Assembly: GCF_039555335.1 (NCBI RefSeq)
Contig: NC_092630.1
Location: forward strand, 31,084,769-31,148,768
Direction of reading: 5' to 3'
DNA from: Amphiura filiformis
Lineage: Eukaryota
DNA length: 64,000 nucleotides
Below are positions 47,969 through 61,461 of this stretch, piece after piece. The notes under the pieces were generated by a model, which was not told the origin of the DNA, searched no databases, and was given only the letters and a program-made list of their open reading frames with translations. The position numbers were made by a program, and so were the translations under genes. The number at the start of each line of letters is the position of its first letter. The first letter of the stretch is position 1.

Positions 47969-49366
47969 ATGAATGCTGACGATGCTGATGCTTATGATGC
48001 TGCTGATGCTGCTGATGATGATGCTGTTGACGATGCTGATGCTGCTGATGATGATGCTACTGATGATGCTGTTGATGCTGCTGCTGATAATGATGTTGAT
48101 ACTGATGATGCTACTGATGATGCTGCTGATGATGCAGATGCTGCTGATGATGCTGATGATGTTGATGCTGATGATGTTCATGATGCGACTGATGATAATG
48201 CTGATGATGCTGCTGCCAATGATGCTGATGATGATGTTGCTACTGATGATGCTGATACTGATGATGATGCTGATGATGATGATGTTGCTGCTGATAATGA
48301 TGTTGATACTGATGATGCTGCTGACAATGCAGGTGCTGATGGTGCTGCTGATGATGATGCTGATGATGTTGATCATGTTGATGATGCGACTGATGATGAT
48401 GCTGCTGCAGATGATGATGCTGCTGCAGATGATGATGCTGCTGATGATGCTGATACTGCTCATAATGCTGCTGCTGACGATGCTGCTGATGTTGATGCTG
48501 CTGCTGATGATGATGCTGATACTGATGACGCTGATGATGATGCTGCTGCTGACGATGTAGATGCTGATGATGATGCTAATGCTGCTGCTGATGTTGATGC
48601 TGCTGCTGATAATGATGTTGATACTGATGATGCTGCTGATGATGCTGCTGCTGACGATGCAGATGCTGATGATGATGCTGATGATGTTGATGATGCGACT
48701 GATGATGTTGCTGCTGCTGATGATGCTGCTACTGATGATGCTGATACTGCTGCTGATGATGCTGCTGATGATGATGCTGCTGCTGATGTTGCTGCTGATA
48801 ATGATGTTGATACTGATGATGCTGCTGCTGACAATGCAGGTGCTGATGGTGCTGCTGATGATGATGCTGATGATGTTGATGATCATGTTGATGGTGCGAC
48901 TGATGATGCTGCTGCTGCTGATGATGCTGATACTGCTCATAATGCTGCTGCTGACGATGCTGCTGATGATGTTGATGCTGTTGATGATGCTGATACTGCT
49001 GCTGCTGCTGATGATGATAATGTTGCTGCTGCTGCTGATGCTGCTGATATTAATGATGCTGCTGCTGATGTTGCTGCTGATGATGCAGATGTTGATGATG
49101 CTGATGATGATGTTGACGATGCTGCTGATGATGCTGATGCTGCTGCTGATGATGCTGTTGCTGATGATGCTGATACTGATGATGCTGCTGCTGACGGTGC
49201 TGCTGCTGATGTTGATGCTACTGCTGATGATGCTGATACTGATGCTGCTGCTGCTGACGATGTAGATGCTGATGATGATGCTGCTGCTGACGATGCGGAT
49301 GCTGCTGCTGATGATGATACTGATGATGTTGATGATGATGTTGATGATGCTGCTGATGATGACTGA
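47969..49366 (+). CDS. Intact 465-codon ORF encoding an extremely acidic poly(Asp/Ala) protein (MNADDADAYDAADAADDDAVDD...), built from GATGCT-type cryptic repeats. Coding status is uncertain.
   Basis: Uninterrupted ORF with ATG AAT GCT at 47969. Codons are almost exclusively GAT/GCT/GAC/GTT/ACT. There is an internal 510-bp duplication (48285-48400 matches 48795-48910). No signal peptide. Confidence 0.3.
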   Translation: MNADDADAYDAADAADDDAVDDADAADDDATDDAVDAAADNDVDTDDATDDAADDADAADDADDVDADDVHDATDDNADDAAANDADDDVATDDADTDDDADDDDVAADNDVDTDDAADNAGADGAADDDADDVDHVDDATDDDAAADDDAAADDDAADDADTAHNAAADDAADVDAAADDDADTDDADDDAAADDVDADDDANAAADVDAAADNDVDTDDAADDAAADDADADDDADDVDDATDDVAAADDAATDDADTAADDAADDDAAADVAADNDVDTDDAAADNAGADGAADDDADDVDDHVDGATDDAAAADDADTAHNAAADDAADDVDAVDDADTAAAADDDNVAAAADAADINDAAADVAADDADVDDADDDVDDAADDADAAADDAVADDADTDDAAADGAAADVDATADDADTDAAAADDVDADDDAAADDADAAADDDTDDVDDDVDDAADDD

Positions 49367-49673
49367 TGATGACAATGATGCCTCGGATGATGACTTGCAT
49401 GATGATGACATGTATGATCAGTAGCTGTATCATCACCATCATCAGCATCAGCAGGATCATCATCAGCAGCATCACCAGCATCAGTATCATCAGTAGCAGT
49501 ATCAGCATCATCAACAGCATCATCATCAGCATCATAATCAGCATCAGCAGGATCATCATCAGCAGCATCACCAGCATCAGTATCATCAGTAGCAGTATCA
49601 GCATCATCAACAGCATCATCATCAGCATCATAATCAGCATCAGCAGCATCATCAGCATCACCATCATCTGCAT

Positions 49674-49714
<41 letters not shown>

Positions 49715-49746
49715 GCATCATCATTAGCATCATCAGCATCATTATC

Positions 49747-50099
49747 TTAATTGGCATCATCAGCATTATCAGCATCAGCAGCATCATCATCAGTAGGCCT
49801 AACATCATCAGCATCACCATCTGCATCAGAATCATCATCAGCAGCATCAGCATCATCATAATCAACATCATAATCAGCAGCAACATCATCATTATCACCA
49901 TCATCTGCATCAGAATCATCACCAGCATCATCATCATCATCCTCATTAGCATCATCAGCATCATCATCATAATCGGCATCATAAGCATTATCATCATCAT
50001 CAGCATCATCATCAGCAACATTATCAGCATTATCATCGGCATCAGCATCATCATCATCATTAGCATAATCAGCATCAGCACCATCAACATCATCATCAA

Positions 50100-50130
<31 letters not shown>

Positions 50131-50878
50131 ATCTACATCGTCAGCAGCAGCATTATCGTCAGCGTCATCAGTATCAGCATCATCATCAGCAGCATCAACA
50201 TCAGCAGCAGCATCGTCAGCATCAGTATCAGCATCATCAACAACAGCAGCAGCATCATCAGCATCGTCAGCAGCATCATCAGCAGTATCAGAATCATTTT
50301 CAGCAGCAGCATTAACATCATCAGCAGCAGCATTATTAGCATTAGCATTGTCAGCAACATCATCAGCATCATTATCATCAGCAGCATCATCAGTAGCAGC
50401 ATCATCAGCAGCATCATCATCATCAACAGCATTATCATCCAGCAGTATCATTATCAGCAGCATCATAAGCATCAGCATCGTCAGCATCATCATCAACAGC
50501 ATCACCATCATCAGCATCATCATCAGCAGCATCATCAGCATCTGCTCCATCAGCAGCAGCATAATCAGCAGCATCATCAGTATCAACATCATTATCAGCA
50601 GCAGCATTAACATCATCAGCAGCAGCATCAGCATCATCAGTATCAGCATCATCAGCAGCAGCATCATCATCATCAGTCGCATCATCATCAACATCATCAT
50701 CAGCATCATCATCAGCATCTGCATCGTCAGCAGCATCATTAGTATCAACATCATTATCAGCAGCAGCATCAACATCATCAGCAGCAGCATCATCATCAGC
50801 AGCATCATCATCAGTAGCATCATCAGCAGCATCAGCATCGTCAACAGCATCATAATCAGCAGCATCATAAGCATTCAT
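49747..50878 (-). pseudogene. Inverted, diverged paralogue of the D/A-rich ORF (MNAYDAADYDAVDDADAADD...). The D/A frame is broken by a stop and frame shifts.
   Basis: ORF 50435..50989(-) holds the D/A frame from ATG 50878 and stops at 50435. The D/A frame resumes in a different frame inside ORF 49747..50874(-). It starts with the same ATGAATGCT as the plus-strand copy. Confidence 0.25.
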
Positions 50879-50919
50879 GGTTACCGTAGATATTGATTGA
50901 TTACTTGATAATGATGTAA

Positions 50920-51370
50920 GGGGTGGTGCAATAATTATATGTACCCCCGGGGGTGAATTATAGGGGGGCAAAGATTTTTGGCAGGCCAAAAGGGGGGGAA
51001 AGCATTTTTGGCAGGTCGAAAGGGGGGGTTAAGCTATTTTTGGCAGGTCGAAAGGGGGGCAAGCAATTTTTGGCACAGTTATTTTGGGCACCGTTTCTAT
51101 ATTACGCCCTAAAAAGGCGTAGGAAAACGTTACGAACACATTCAAATATGCAAAATTTCCTGCTCGCTGCGCTCGCATTATATGTTATTGACAATTTAAG
51201 GTTTTAAATTCGGGTTCCCAAAAATCTTGCATGTGTAAGGGGGGGCAAAGGGCGTCAAAAGGGGGGGCAAAGGTTATTTGGCACGTCAAAAGCGGGGGGG
51301 CAAGCGATTTTGGCAGACCATTTTGAGAATTCACCCCCCCGGTACACATAATTATTGCACCACCCTAAAT
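50920..51370. mobile_element. Family 5-related element with 40-bp TIRs (ggtggtgcaataattatatgtacccccgggggtgaatt), abutting the start of the inverted D/A paralogue
   Basis: 50925-50965 is the reverse complement of 51330-51370. Internal ggcaagc.atttttggcaggtcgaaaggggggg sub-repeats. Confidence 0.65.
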
Positions 51371-52864
51371 AATATTAATGATAGGCCTAATAGTAATAAT
51401 AATATGCCTAATAATAGGGATGCCCACTCTCAATACAGTTTCCACTAGAACGATTTTTCATTTACTGTGTGCGTGCACTCACACACGTATTGTCTATGGA
51501 GAAACTGATCGATACAAGAAATCCCAGGCATGTTAAATGGCGTACATACTTGTTTTGATCCAAATGTAGGCTTATATCAGGGTGTTTCAAGAAATTCCTG
51601 ATTCCACCAGAAAACATTCACCAAACTTTTTCCTGTTTGGTCAGTAAATAGAGAGGACCTTCCTGCATGAAGAGATCACCTTTTTTTAATGAAAAATTTA
51701 ATGAGATGAGAACTACAACAGGTTGAAGTGACACCATTCTGTGCATCAGGTGTTCAAACGCAATTATCTCCGAATTTGGAGTGAATCAGACAAGCAAACT
51801 TACATACTCATAAAATTTAACTATTTATGAAGACAAAATGTGTAGGATGTTAAGAAATTTAAGAATGTTTAAGCCTACCGCGGCCCATCTCAAATCATGC
51901 ACTTCCCGTGCACTTCTCACTACCATGTCCATTTCATAGGGAGTATAAAAACCGGGGACCATCATGGCTTCCATGCACACAGTGTATTGCTCAATAAAAG
52001 ATAACCTTTGAGTTGGAGCAAATTTCTCAAAATTGGTAGTGATTAATGTTACCAAACTTATGCCATGATGAAATATAATAATTTTGAAGATAAAATGTGC
52101 TGACCTTAAAAGATTGAACAATGTTTAAGACTACCGCTTTTCATTTGAAATAATGCACTTATTGTTCATCTCCTCTATGGAGATATTTTCCATGGCGGCC
52201 ATCTATGATCATGCTTGAGGTTTCAACAAACAAACCATGGGTTTTGAGGTCTTATAGTTTTTGTTGTATGTCAACAAAATCGATTAAATTTTCAGGATGA
52301 TCTTATTTTCATGTTGTTATAAGCAAATATAATGTTCCAGATAAGATAGTTAATAAATACATTAAGAAAAAGTACATTAAAGTTGCACTTTCTGTTAGTA
52401 TTCCTTTTTGGACTAACTTTTTAACATGTTCTAGCAGCCCTATATAAAACCGTGACACTCGAAAGGCCATATCTCTGGAATGAAACGTCCGATTAAGATT
52501 ATTTAAACGCCAAAATGTTTCTTTCATCAATTCCCATCCATAAAGTTAGGTCTGAATCAATTTAAAAGTACTTCAATTTTTAGTGGACATGCCTACTAAT
52601 AATAATAATAATAATGATGATAATAATGATAATAATAATAATAATAAATGATAAGAGCAATATTAATAATAAATAATAAATTGAATATTATCTTTGGATC
52701 AGGGATGTGAGAGTAGACATTCAAACATAGACTTTGTATTCGTCAAAACCAGGGATGTGAGAACAGACGAAACACTACGTCCTCAGAGTTGGTAAATACG
52801 TCATCTGCTTTATTATTCATAGGTACCTTGAACGGCTGGAATACATGATGTATTACCAAACAAA

Positions 52865-53664
52865 ATGGCAGCCTACATACATCATGTCCAGCTCTGCACG
52901 AAGCACGGGTCTAAATATGTGCAGAAGTTTGTCCAGAATGCTAATTTCAAACTTTTTGCCGAGAGAACAACTGATTCTATAAGGCAGTGGGCTGTCAGGA
53001 GTGGCTCAACAGTATTTGTCATCAATCAACCCGTCACTGCGAACGCTGAACCAGGCGCAGAACACGTTGAAAATCCGTATAGGCCTACGTTGTTGTGTAA
53101 TAATACTATTACCAATTCTCGTATTTCTGATCGTGGTTCTGGCATGTCTGGTGAACACCCCCAAAGTTATAAGAGTGATCAAAATCAGTCAATACCAAAT
53201 CAACGTCATCATATACCATTATCCTGTTTTTCATCTAATAAGGACCGAAATATAGATACAGTTTTTAATGTTGCATTCGAAGTTCCCAATGTTGAAAAAA
53301 GTGTTGAACTGGCACAGCAAAATGGGGCTAAAGTCCTATGTGAACCAACAGCAGTGCATGATGGTAATGGAAAAGTGGTTGTTGCTTCTGTGCAATCTTG
53401 CATCGGCAATGTTGTTCATATGTTGCTCAATGCAACAGACTACCATGGGGTCTTTTTACCAGGGTTTTGCAGCATAGAATCAGAATCTCATCATGCTCAT
53501 GATAAGAACTTGAATTTTTTTGAATTTGAAACAAGCGAAGTTAATGGACAGACATTAACAAGTCATCTGGATCATGTAACTTTTGCATCAAACATAGGTA
53601 CTTCAAGTCACGTTCTAGAATGGTATGAGAAGTGTTTTGGAATGAAGCGATTCAAACTATCCAG
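52865..53664 (+). CDS. HPDL: 4-hydroxyphenylpyruvate dioxygenase-like (HPDL / glyoxalase-domain) exon 1
   Basis: ORF 52865..53668 gives MAAYIHHVQLC...RQWAVRSGSTVFVINQ (human HPDL is MAAPALRLCHIAFHV...WRQLALRSGDAVFLVNE), then YHGVFLPGF and LDHVTFASNIGTSSHVLEWYEKCFGMKRFKL. Donor TCCAG|gtaaga. Confidence 0.8.
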
Positions 53665-55082
53665 GTAAGAGGTATTATATAGGCCTACATGGATGTATAC
53701 ATGTAAACTCCATGCAATACTTTTTTCTATAGTATAGGCCTATTAAATCACAAAAGATTTTTTAGGAGATGATGAGTGCTTTATATATTTTTGCAGAATG
53801 ATTTCCATATGTAGGGACAGGCACATCTGAACGAGGGCGCTATTTATTTTACTTGATAATACAGGCGGTGATGGAAGCGATATCGCCAATTTTGAGGTCG
53901 CCATTGGATTAACACATAATCATGAAATCTTCACAAACAATTCTAAATTTGTTATGTGGTGTCAAAGCAAAATTACATGTATCTTACTCTAAAACCGTCG
54001 GGGTACGACAATGTACCACACTGCAAGTATGTTAATTTTCCATTTGTAATTGCTAACCGTGTATTTTGAATGGGGCTGTCAGCCCTGTATCTTCGCCAGC
54101 CTCAGACGTCACGTGTTGCGCTTCCTATGCCGCCTGGATAATAAAGCCCTATGTAAATCTGTGCCATTTTGTGCCACTGAAAACACCATTTTTGGAGAAA
54201 ATGATGAATAAAACCAAAATGAATCGTTTTCAGATGCTCTAGTTTGCATTGACAACAGATTCAATGCTTTAGGAAGCAGAATGCAACATTGACTTCACTT
54301 TTGGATATTTTTTTCTGTGAGATATGCCTTGGTGAAAATCACTATTTTGGTCAAAAAAGGGGTCAAAAAGGGGCATTTTTGGGAAAAAAATCTATTTTGA
54401 CCCAAAATTCATCTTCTGACAAAAGGGAAACATGGTTTGACAAAAACTTTCATCCTTTTCACATAACAATTCCAGTTTACATATTTGCTGGGAGAAAGCA
54501 CTTTTTTGTTATCGCTTGGGAAAAATCATTGTTTTTGCCTAAAATGGCCGAAAAAATGGCACATTTTTACCACCTTAAAAATTGAATTTTCATACAAAAT
54601 TTCACAGATGTGTTGGAAATGATAACATACATAATATTCAACAAAAATTAGATAAAATTACAATGAAAACAAAAAATTAGAGAAAATGGCCCAATGTTCC
54701 GACAGTAATTTTGTCATACAGTAGAAGATTTGTTTTGGTGTCAAATTGTTTCTGAGAAGTTCTCTCTTCCAATAAACAACAATTCATGTTAATAGAATTA
54801 ATTTGAAATTTTTATGCCTTAACCTAATAATTTTTCATTTTAAAGATGTACTGTATACCGGTACTTGTATCCGTGAATTTGATGTTTTTCAATGGGTACA
54901 AAATTTGTTGTTTTCCATAACTTTTCATCCCTGCCCAGATGACTTGTCATATTTTATTTTATGAAGAGCATGAATGAATTCATATTTTTTATAGTCAAAA
55001 TGTTAGATTTTTGTATGCATGTACATTACTACATGTACAATGGTTAATCATTCTTGGATGTGTTTGTTGCTTCTTTCTGCAG

Positions 55083-55252
55083 AGATGAGGATGATTCAGA
55101 AGGCTTTCTTGTTGAAGGGCAGAATGTTGGACTTAGGATGAAAGCTATGGAATATTGGCATTGTGCAGAGACTGGTTTAACAATGCCATCACATAACAAT
55201 GAAAGATACCCAAAGACCAAATTTGTGATTTCTGAAGCTTTACCTGGACAAG
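55083..55252 (+). CDS. HPDL: HPDL-like exon 2 (-DEDDSEGFLVEGQNVGLRMKAMEYWHCAETGLTMPSHNNERYPKTKFVISEALPGQ-)
   Basis: Acceptor ttctttctgcag|AGATGAGG, donor CAAG|gtatgc. Phase is continuous with exon 1. Matches HPDL ...PTLVLAESLPGA. Confidence 0.75.
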
Positions 55253-56600
55253 GTATGCAACAACCAGCGTTCGAAAATTTGGGTGTCCGGTTGCCCGGGA
55301 CAACTAAAAAAGTCGCCGGACAACCAGAAATACTGGTTCGGTTGTCCGCCGGACAACCATAAATCTAGCCAAAAGTCACATTTGTAGGCCTATGGACAAC
55401 CAAAAACTTAGACGGACAACCAGAAATTGTAATCTGGTTGTCAGTGGGACAACCATTTATTTTTCCTAAATTCGAACACTGGCAACAACCAAGATGTTTC
55501 AAAAATGCTGATATTTCCATGCTATCTTGTGTAGTAAGCTTACCAAGTTGCCCACATAGTCGATTATAGCGTCACTTTTTGGCGAAAATCTCGATTGGAA
55601 ACCCGGAAGTGAACCAGAAGTCAGTGTTTCTAGTTCATAGTTCATCATTTTAGCGTGAGTTTTAAGTTTACCTAATGATTTTAATGGGAATAATCGTTCT
55701 AAAATTGACCTTGAATAAATGCCCCCCCTACGGAAAATGAAATACGAAATACGGTATATCCACCTCATTGTGAGAGATGTCATTTTATTGTACTGCAAAA
55801 AAGCAGTTCTTAAATTTGGTTTAAGAAGGTAAACATTTTGAAGATAACTGTCATGTTTATTTGATGCACCATGGTCCCAACGTCAAAAGAATTTTACACT
55901 CATCAAATTCCAAAAGCCAGGTTTGCGACATGTGTACATAATTCAATATAAGTGGCCACTCAACTTCTAGTGCACCCATCATGTAAGTTGTCCATTGATA
56001 CTACTACTTACTTGACTTGTATACAAGTGGTAAATAATTAAATTTGCAAATATTTCAAGAAAAAACACTAACTAAGAAGGTATATGGTCATGTGTCATAT
56101 CAGGGCTGTCAACTTTTTGGAATTGCTTGACGTGAGACAGAGGCGTACCGGGATTTGCCAACTCCAATGTTCATTTCGAACCATGATTACTTGAGCCACA
56201 AAAATTATTCATGACGATGCGCGTGAGATTTTACTAATTTTTCAGCTCTTTGCGTGAGATTTACTACCTTGGCATGAGACCGTGAGAAAGTGACCCAATG
56301 CGTGAGACTCACGGCCAATGCGTGAGAGTTGACAGCCCTGGTCATATGGCGGGGCACATTTGCATTACAAGTGACGGATCTGCACTTTACGAAAAATGCG
56401 TCGGGTACCCGGGCACAAAATTACCCGAAAATGCCAGGGTTACTTTGACATACGTCATTATGTAATGCACCCAACGATATTTATGGTTTATTATTTTGTT
56501 CTAGAGAGAGGAAAAGAGAGAGAGAGAGAGGTAGTTATGTTAGTGTAAGTACACTTACCGTACCATACTAACTTTCTTGCTGTTATTCTTTCTATTTTAG

Positions 56601-56752
56601 GTCCAAATCAAGTTGAAACGTTTATAGAACAACATGATGGACCTGGCATCCAGCATATAGGACTGTATACCCCTAACATCATTGAAACAGTCAAAGTATT
56701 GAAGAATACAGGATTAGATTTTCTGCAACCCCCAGACACCTATTATACGGAG
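56601..56752 (+). CDS. HPDL: HPDL-like exon 3 (GPNQVETFIEQHDGPGIQHIGLYTPNIIETVKVLKNTGLDFLQPPDTYYTE)
   Basis: Acceptor tctattttag|GTCCAAAT, donor ACGGAG|gtaaga. Strong match to HPDL [27 protein letters not shown]...FLAPPGAYYQQ. Confidence 0.85.
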
Positions 56753-56884
56753 GTAAGATGAGTTGTTGTGTTGTTTTGATTTTTTTGGAGGGAAGTATTT
56801 AAAAGGGCATTTTGCAGGGGTGTGATTTTTCCGGATTTCCGGATTTTTTGTACAGAAATGGAATTTTGGGAAATTGCAAAAAAA

Positions 56885-57265
56885 TTTCGGTTTCGTAGTG
56901 TCCCTGGACCTAGACCTAAATGCTAGGATCATAAAAAAAATTTTAAAAAAGTCAAGATGTTTTGTATTTTTAATATGAAAATTGATACTTTGTATTCATG
57001 TCATACTCTATTATCGGTAATGATTTCAAAATGCATTCAAATTCAATGCATTTTGAAATCATTAATAGACTATGACATGAATACAAATTATCAATTTTCA
57101 TATTAAAAATACAAAACATCTTGAAATTTTTTTTTAGGTCAACCATGAATGATCCTAGCATTTAGGTCTTGGTTTTTTAATTTCGGGTACCCGGGCAGGG
57201 TATTTCCTGCCCGGGTAATGTAATCTCGGGCGGGTACCCGCTACCCCGCCCAAAAATGCCAGCCT
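56885..57265. mobile_element. Family 4 foldback element in HPDL-like intron 3
   Basis: Same cctagacctaaatgctaggatc / ggtacccg motifs as 23320-23930. Confidence 0.7.
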
Positions 57266-58456
57266 TTTTGGGTTCATGAATATTTAATGAGCAGCGCGAT
57301 ACTGCCTCAAACGGTATGACGCCGACATGACTGTATGCTGAAATACGAGGATGGTGGAAGTATGTATTCACAGAATTATAAATGTTTTTATACTATAAAG
57401 TGAAGTATTTTAACAGTTTCTCATTTTTGCATTTTACCCCATGAAATTGCATCTCCAGTGGTGCTCAAGTGTGTAAACCCTCTGGCTTCGGCGGGCTTCG
57501 CTCGAGCCCCCACCAGGGCGTTGCCCTGGACCCCACCAGAGGCCCTTAAGCGGGACCCTGGACCCCCGGCAGCAACAGGCGAGAGCTCCGCTAGCTTCGC
57601 TCGCTCCGCTTCGCAATTTCATTGTCTTGGTTTTTTTTTCTTAAAGCACCAACCAATCACACCCCTGATTTTGTGATCCACAGCATCATCCCCCACTTTT
57701 CACAAAAAAGTTGAGATTTTTATATCACTGGAAACCTCTGGCTACATAATGTTTATGTACAAAATATTTCTTGCAGAGTAATTAGTTTAGCAAAGATATC
57801 GTGAAATTTTAATTTCGTTCTGGTATACCACCTGTATCTTGCTGTACCTTTTTTTACTGCTAAAACTGATAGATTGATTCTCTATTATTGTAGAAAGCAT
57901 CCATGTCTCTTTGGCTGGAAATATCTCGTCTCTTTGCCAGTGAACTAAATAATAATAAAACAGCATTTATATATAGCGCATTGTGAATCGCAGATTCCTC
58001 AATGCGCTTTACAGTAAAAACAAAATAATCACAAAATAATGATACATCAAGATATAATGAAATCAGTATAAAAATTTAAAAAAGGCATAAAAATACTACA
58101 CCTACACATCAAAAATCATAATGAAATATATATTTTTAAAACCAGACCAGCTGTGAATACAATTATTAATTATAGAATTAGAATCAGCATACTAGTACAG
58201 AATTGCACAACAAGAAAATAAACATGATAAAATAGCACAACATTCAAATAACAAATAACAAAATAAATAAATTTCAGGCAATAATATGATGGCAAGACTG
58301 GGTGCACCCAGCCACTTCCCACATGGAGAAGCGATCGTGCAGACACATCACGAAGATGTGAGATCCACCGACCTGAGAGCAAGTCGATGCACCTCACAAC
58401 TTACAACAGTCACATTTATGAACTTCACACTTAAATTGTCTTCCTCTCTCTTCCAG

Positions 58457-58620
58457 ATTGGCAAATTGAAAGAGATGGTAGAAGTTGGTGAAAATCCTGA
58501 AGATTTAAAAAGCTTGGGAGTCCTGTTAGATGCAGAGAGTTTTGTAGAAGATGAGTTCCCACCATCCACCAACTGCAGTAGTGTTTCCCCAAGCTCGGAC
58601 AATAAGGGTCAGCTGCACAA
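58457..58620 (+). CDS. HPDL: HPDL-like exon 4 (IGKLKEMVEVGENPEDLKSLGVLLDAESFVEDEFPPSTNCSSVSPSSDNKGQLH-)
   Basis: Acceptor ttcctctctcttccag|ATTGGC, donor CACAA|gtaagtg. Matches HPDL PGKERQIRAAG...QGILLD. Confidence 0.7.
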
Positions 58621-58815
58621 GTAAGTGTTAATGTGCTATAAATCATCTTTCCCCAAGCCTTGATTGTGAAAAGTTATGACATGAATGGTTTTCCACCAAA
58701 ACACTGAATTTTGTTTTCTTTATTGGTAAACTGGAAAACTTTGGTCTCTAATTAAGATAGGAAAACAAGATCAACTTGACATATCACACTACTTTTGCTT
58801 GATCACATCAGATAA

Positions 58816-59052
<237 letters not shown>

Positions 59053-59449
59053 GATGTATAGAGGCCTTGCATGTGACGTATCATCCCGTAAATATGGCGG
59101 ACTACTCAAATGCATTAAACAAAATCATGATTGCAAGCTACCGTGACAGTTCGTCTCACACACATAACCCTTCACTATGATCAAATAGGTTGATGACAAC
59201 ATTTGATTGAATGGACTGCACTCCGCCATAACTACGGTGAAGGACACCAGCTCAAATCCTTTGTTTGGAGCCAATCGATCATTTCATGCAGGGCCTCTAT
59301 AGAGTTTTTATTATATAGCAAAGTTTATTTGAATTGCGCACAAATTTGTAATTGTTTTGCAGTATATGTACAAATCAGAGTATTACAGTTGATTAATTGT
59401 CTAAACTATTTAATTAAAATACTCCCACCGCAGTGGATTAGGTCAAGCT

Positions 59450-59665
59450 CTTTGTATAGAGGCCGTCAGCGTGACGTCATATGCCGCCATCTTGTGGGTA
59501 CACGCTGTAATGGTCGTTCGATCTCCATGCGTGAGCAGCGAAATCATCGCGTTGAGGTGCGATAACAGCTGCGTGGCAAGCTGCTCCCTGCGCGTAGTGT
59601 CCGACGCATGAACACACAGATCATTTGTACCCACAAGATGGCGAAAGGCTGACGGCCTCTATTCA
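59450..59665. mobile_element. Small foldback MITE in the HPDL-like 3' region (tatagaggccgtcagcgtgacgtcatatgccgccatcttgtgggtaca)
   Basis: 59455-59505 is the reverse complement of 59615-59665. Confidence 0.65.
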
Positions 59666-59911
59666 TAGAATTACTAAAGGTTACCAGATATTAATTTTAT
59701 TTAAATTTTTTACATACTGTATGGAAAATACTCCCCCTCTATAAATAAGCGCCCCTCCAATTTTTCAATTTGACACAAATGCAAACATTTCCATGCCATA
59801 TCGTGTGAAAAAGCTTAAAACTTGCATCAGTCATGTCACTTATGCATGGACAAAACCTTGTATGACTCAAATTTCCATCCATTTCATTGCCTAACTTTTA
59901 TGCATTTTATG

Positions 59912-60232
59912 TGTCCATGGACCTAGACCTAAATGCTAGGATCATTCATGGTTGACCTAAAAAAACATATTTAAAAAAAATTGAATTTTGCACCATGTTT
60001 TGTGTTTTTAATAAGAAAATTGATATTTTGTATTCATGTCATACTCGATTAATGATATCAAAATGCATTGAATTTGAATGCATTTTGATATCATTGATAG
60101 AGTATGACATGATTACAACATATCAATTTTCTTATTAAAAAAACAAAACATCGTGCAAAATTCAATTTTTTTTTTTTAAATTTCGGTACCCGGCAGGGAA
60201 TTTCCTGCCCGGTAATAGGATTCTCAGGCGGG
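59912..60232. mobile_element. Family 4 foldback element just downstream of the HPDL-like gene
   Basis: Same family as 23320-23930. Confidence 0.7.
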
Positions 60233-61461
60233 ACTCAAATTTGCGGGACTCACTCACACCCTTATGAAGGAATAAGCCAGAGTCTGCAGTATGTCAAATT
60301 GGCAATTTACAATCCTGTTTTGTTTTATTAGAGATTATGTAATGCCTATCAGCCTCAACTTAATATCCCAGCAAACACAAGATGTTTTACGTAAAACTTA
60401 AAAGGGCATTTCGTGATCCACAGCCTCATCCCCCCACTTTTCTCAAAAAAATTGAGATTTTTATACCACTGGAAACCTCTAGCTACATAATGTTTATGTA
60501 CTAAACATTTCTTGCAGATTAATTTGTTTAGCAAAAATATCGTCAAATTTTAATTTCGTTCTGGTATACCAGAACGAAATTACAACAGTGGCCTATGGAG
60601 CAGTGTAATATATGTAATCATGCATAACTCGCAAACACAAAATCGGAATCAACTGAAATTTTGGGAATTAGCTTTTTTCATTGATATCTACTGAAAAATG
60701 TCATAAAAAGTGGATGTTAGGATCACGAAATCCTCCTTTAAATGTCAGATTATATAAAGGATATAAAACGTTTTAATATTAAGAAAACATTATTGAAAAA
60801 TTGATGCAAATCATTTTGACATAAAGTTATTTTAAGTGTTGACGAAATAACATTTTGACATGTTTTGTGTTTTTTCATATAAGACATTTAAAGAATGTTT
60901 TTACGACCTTGATTTAACCTGGGGTCCATTTCGCTAAACTTTTTAACCCTTGGTAACTCAAGCAACTGTTCGTAAAGTTACGAATACCCAATACTAGATG
61001 TAACTTGATAATTACAAATGATTTCTAGACTTACTAAGCTTCATAAAGTTAAGTGAAATGGACCCCACCCCATTTCATCATTGCAAACCTGAAGAAACAA
61101 AAACAGCCATATACATGTATCATTGCCTTTCAGTACCATAGTTGAACAGGGTATTGTTGTACTAGGGTTGTAAAAGTACTTCAAGTGAATGCTCCCGTCT
61201 GTTTTGGGGTACAAATAATGTAACCCAAGACCAGTATTTATATAAATATTCTAATAGTACATTAAATATTAAGGTAGTTCACTAACTTTCTCTGGTGAAT
61301 GTAAATACTTCAGAGAAAAATGAACAAAATTTTTGACGGGAATGTTCCAGATATTTTTATATTTTTATTTTTGTCTATTTTTAATGTTTATATTGTGTGT
61401 GTGGAGCATAAAAATGTTTAGTGGTTTTTTTTTCAAATCTGTCACATTGCCTAAATTCTTT

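Noticed and set aside
47942-50896. Long Ser/Ile-rich and Met/Leu-rich ORFs on the opposite strand and alternative frames of the GATGCT repeat (e.g. 47942..49411 -, 47973..48560 +, 49218..50132 -, 49366..50610 +)
   Set aside because: They are mirror or alternative frames of a stop-free cryptic simple repeat. Only the D/A frame starts with a shared ATGAATGCT in both arms. These are treated as artefacts of repeat composition.
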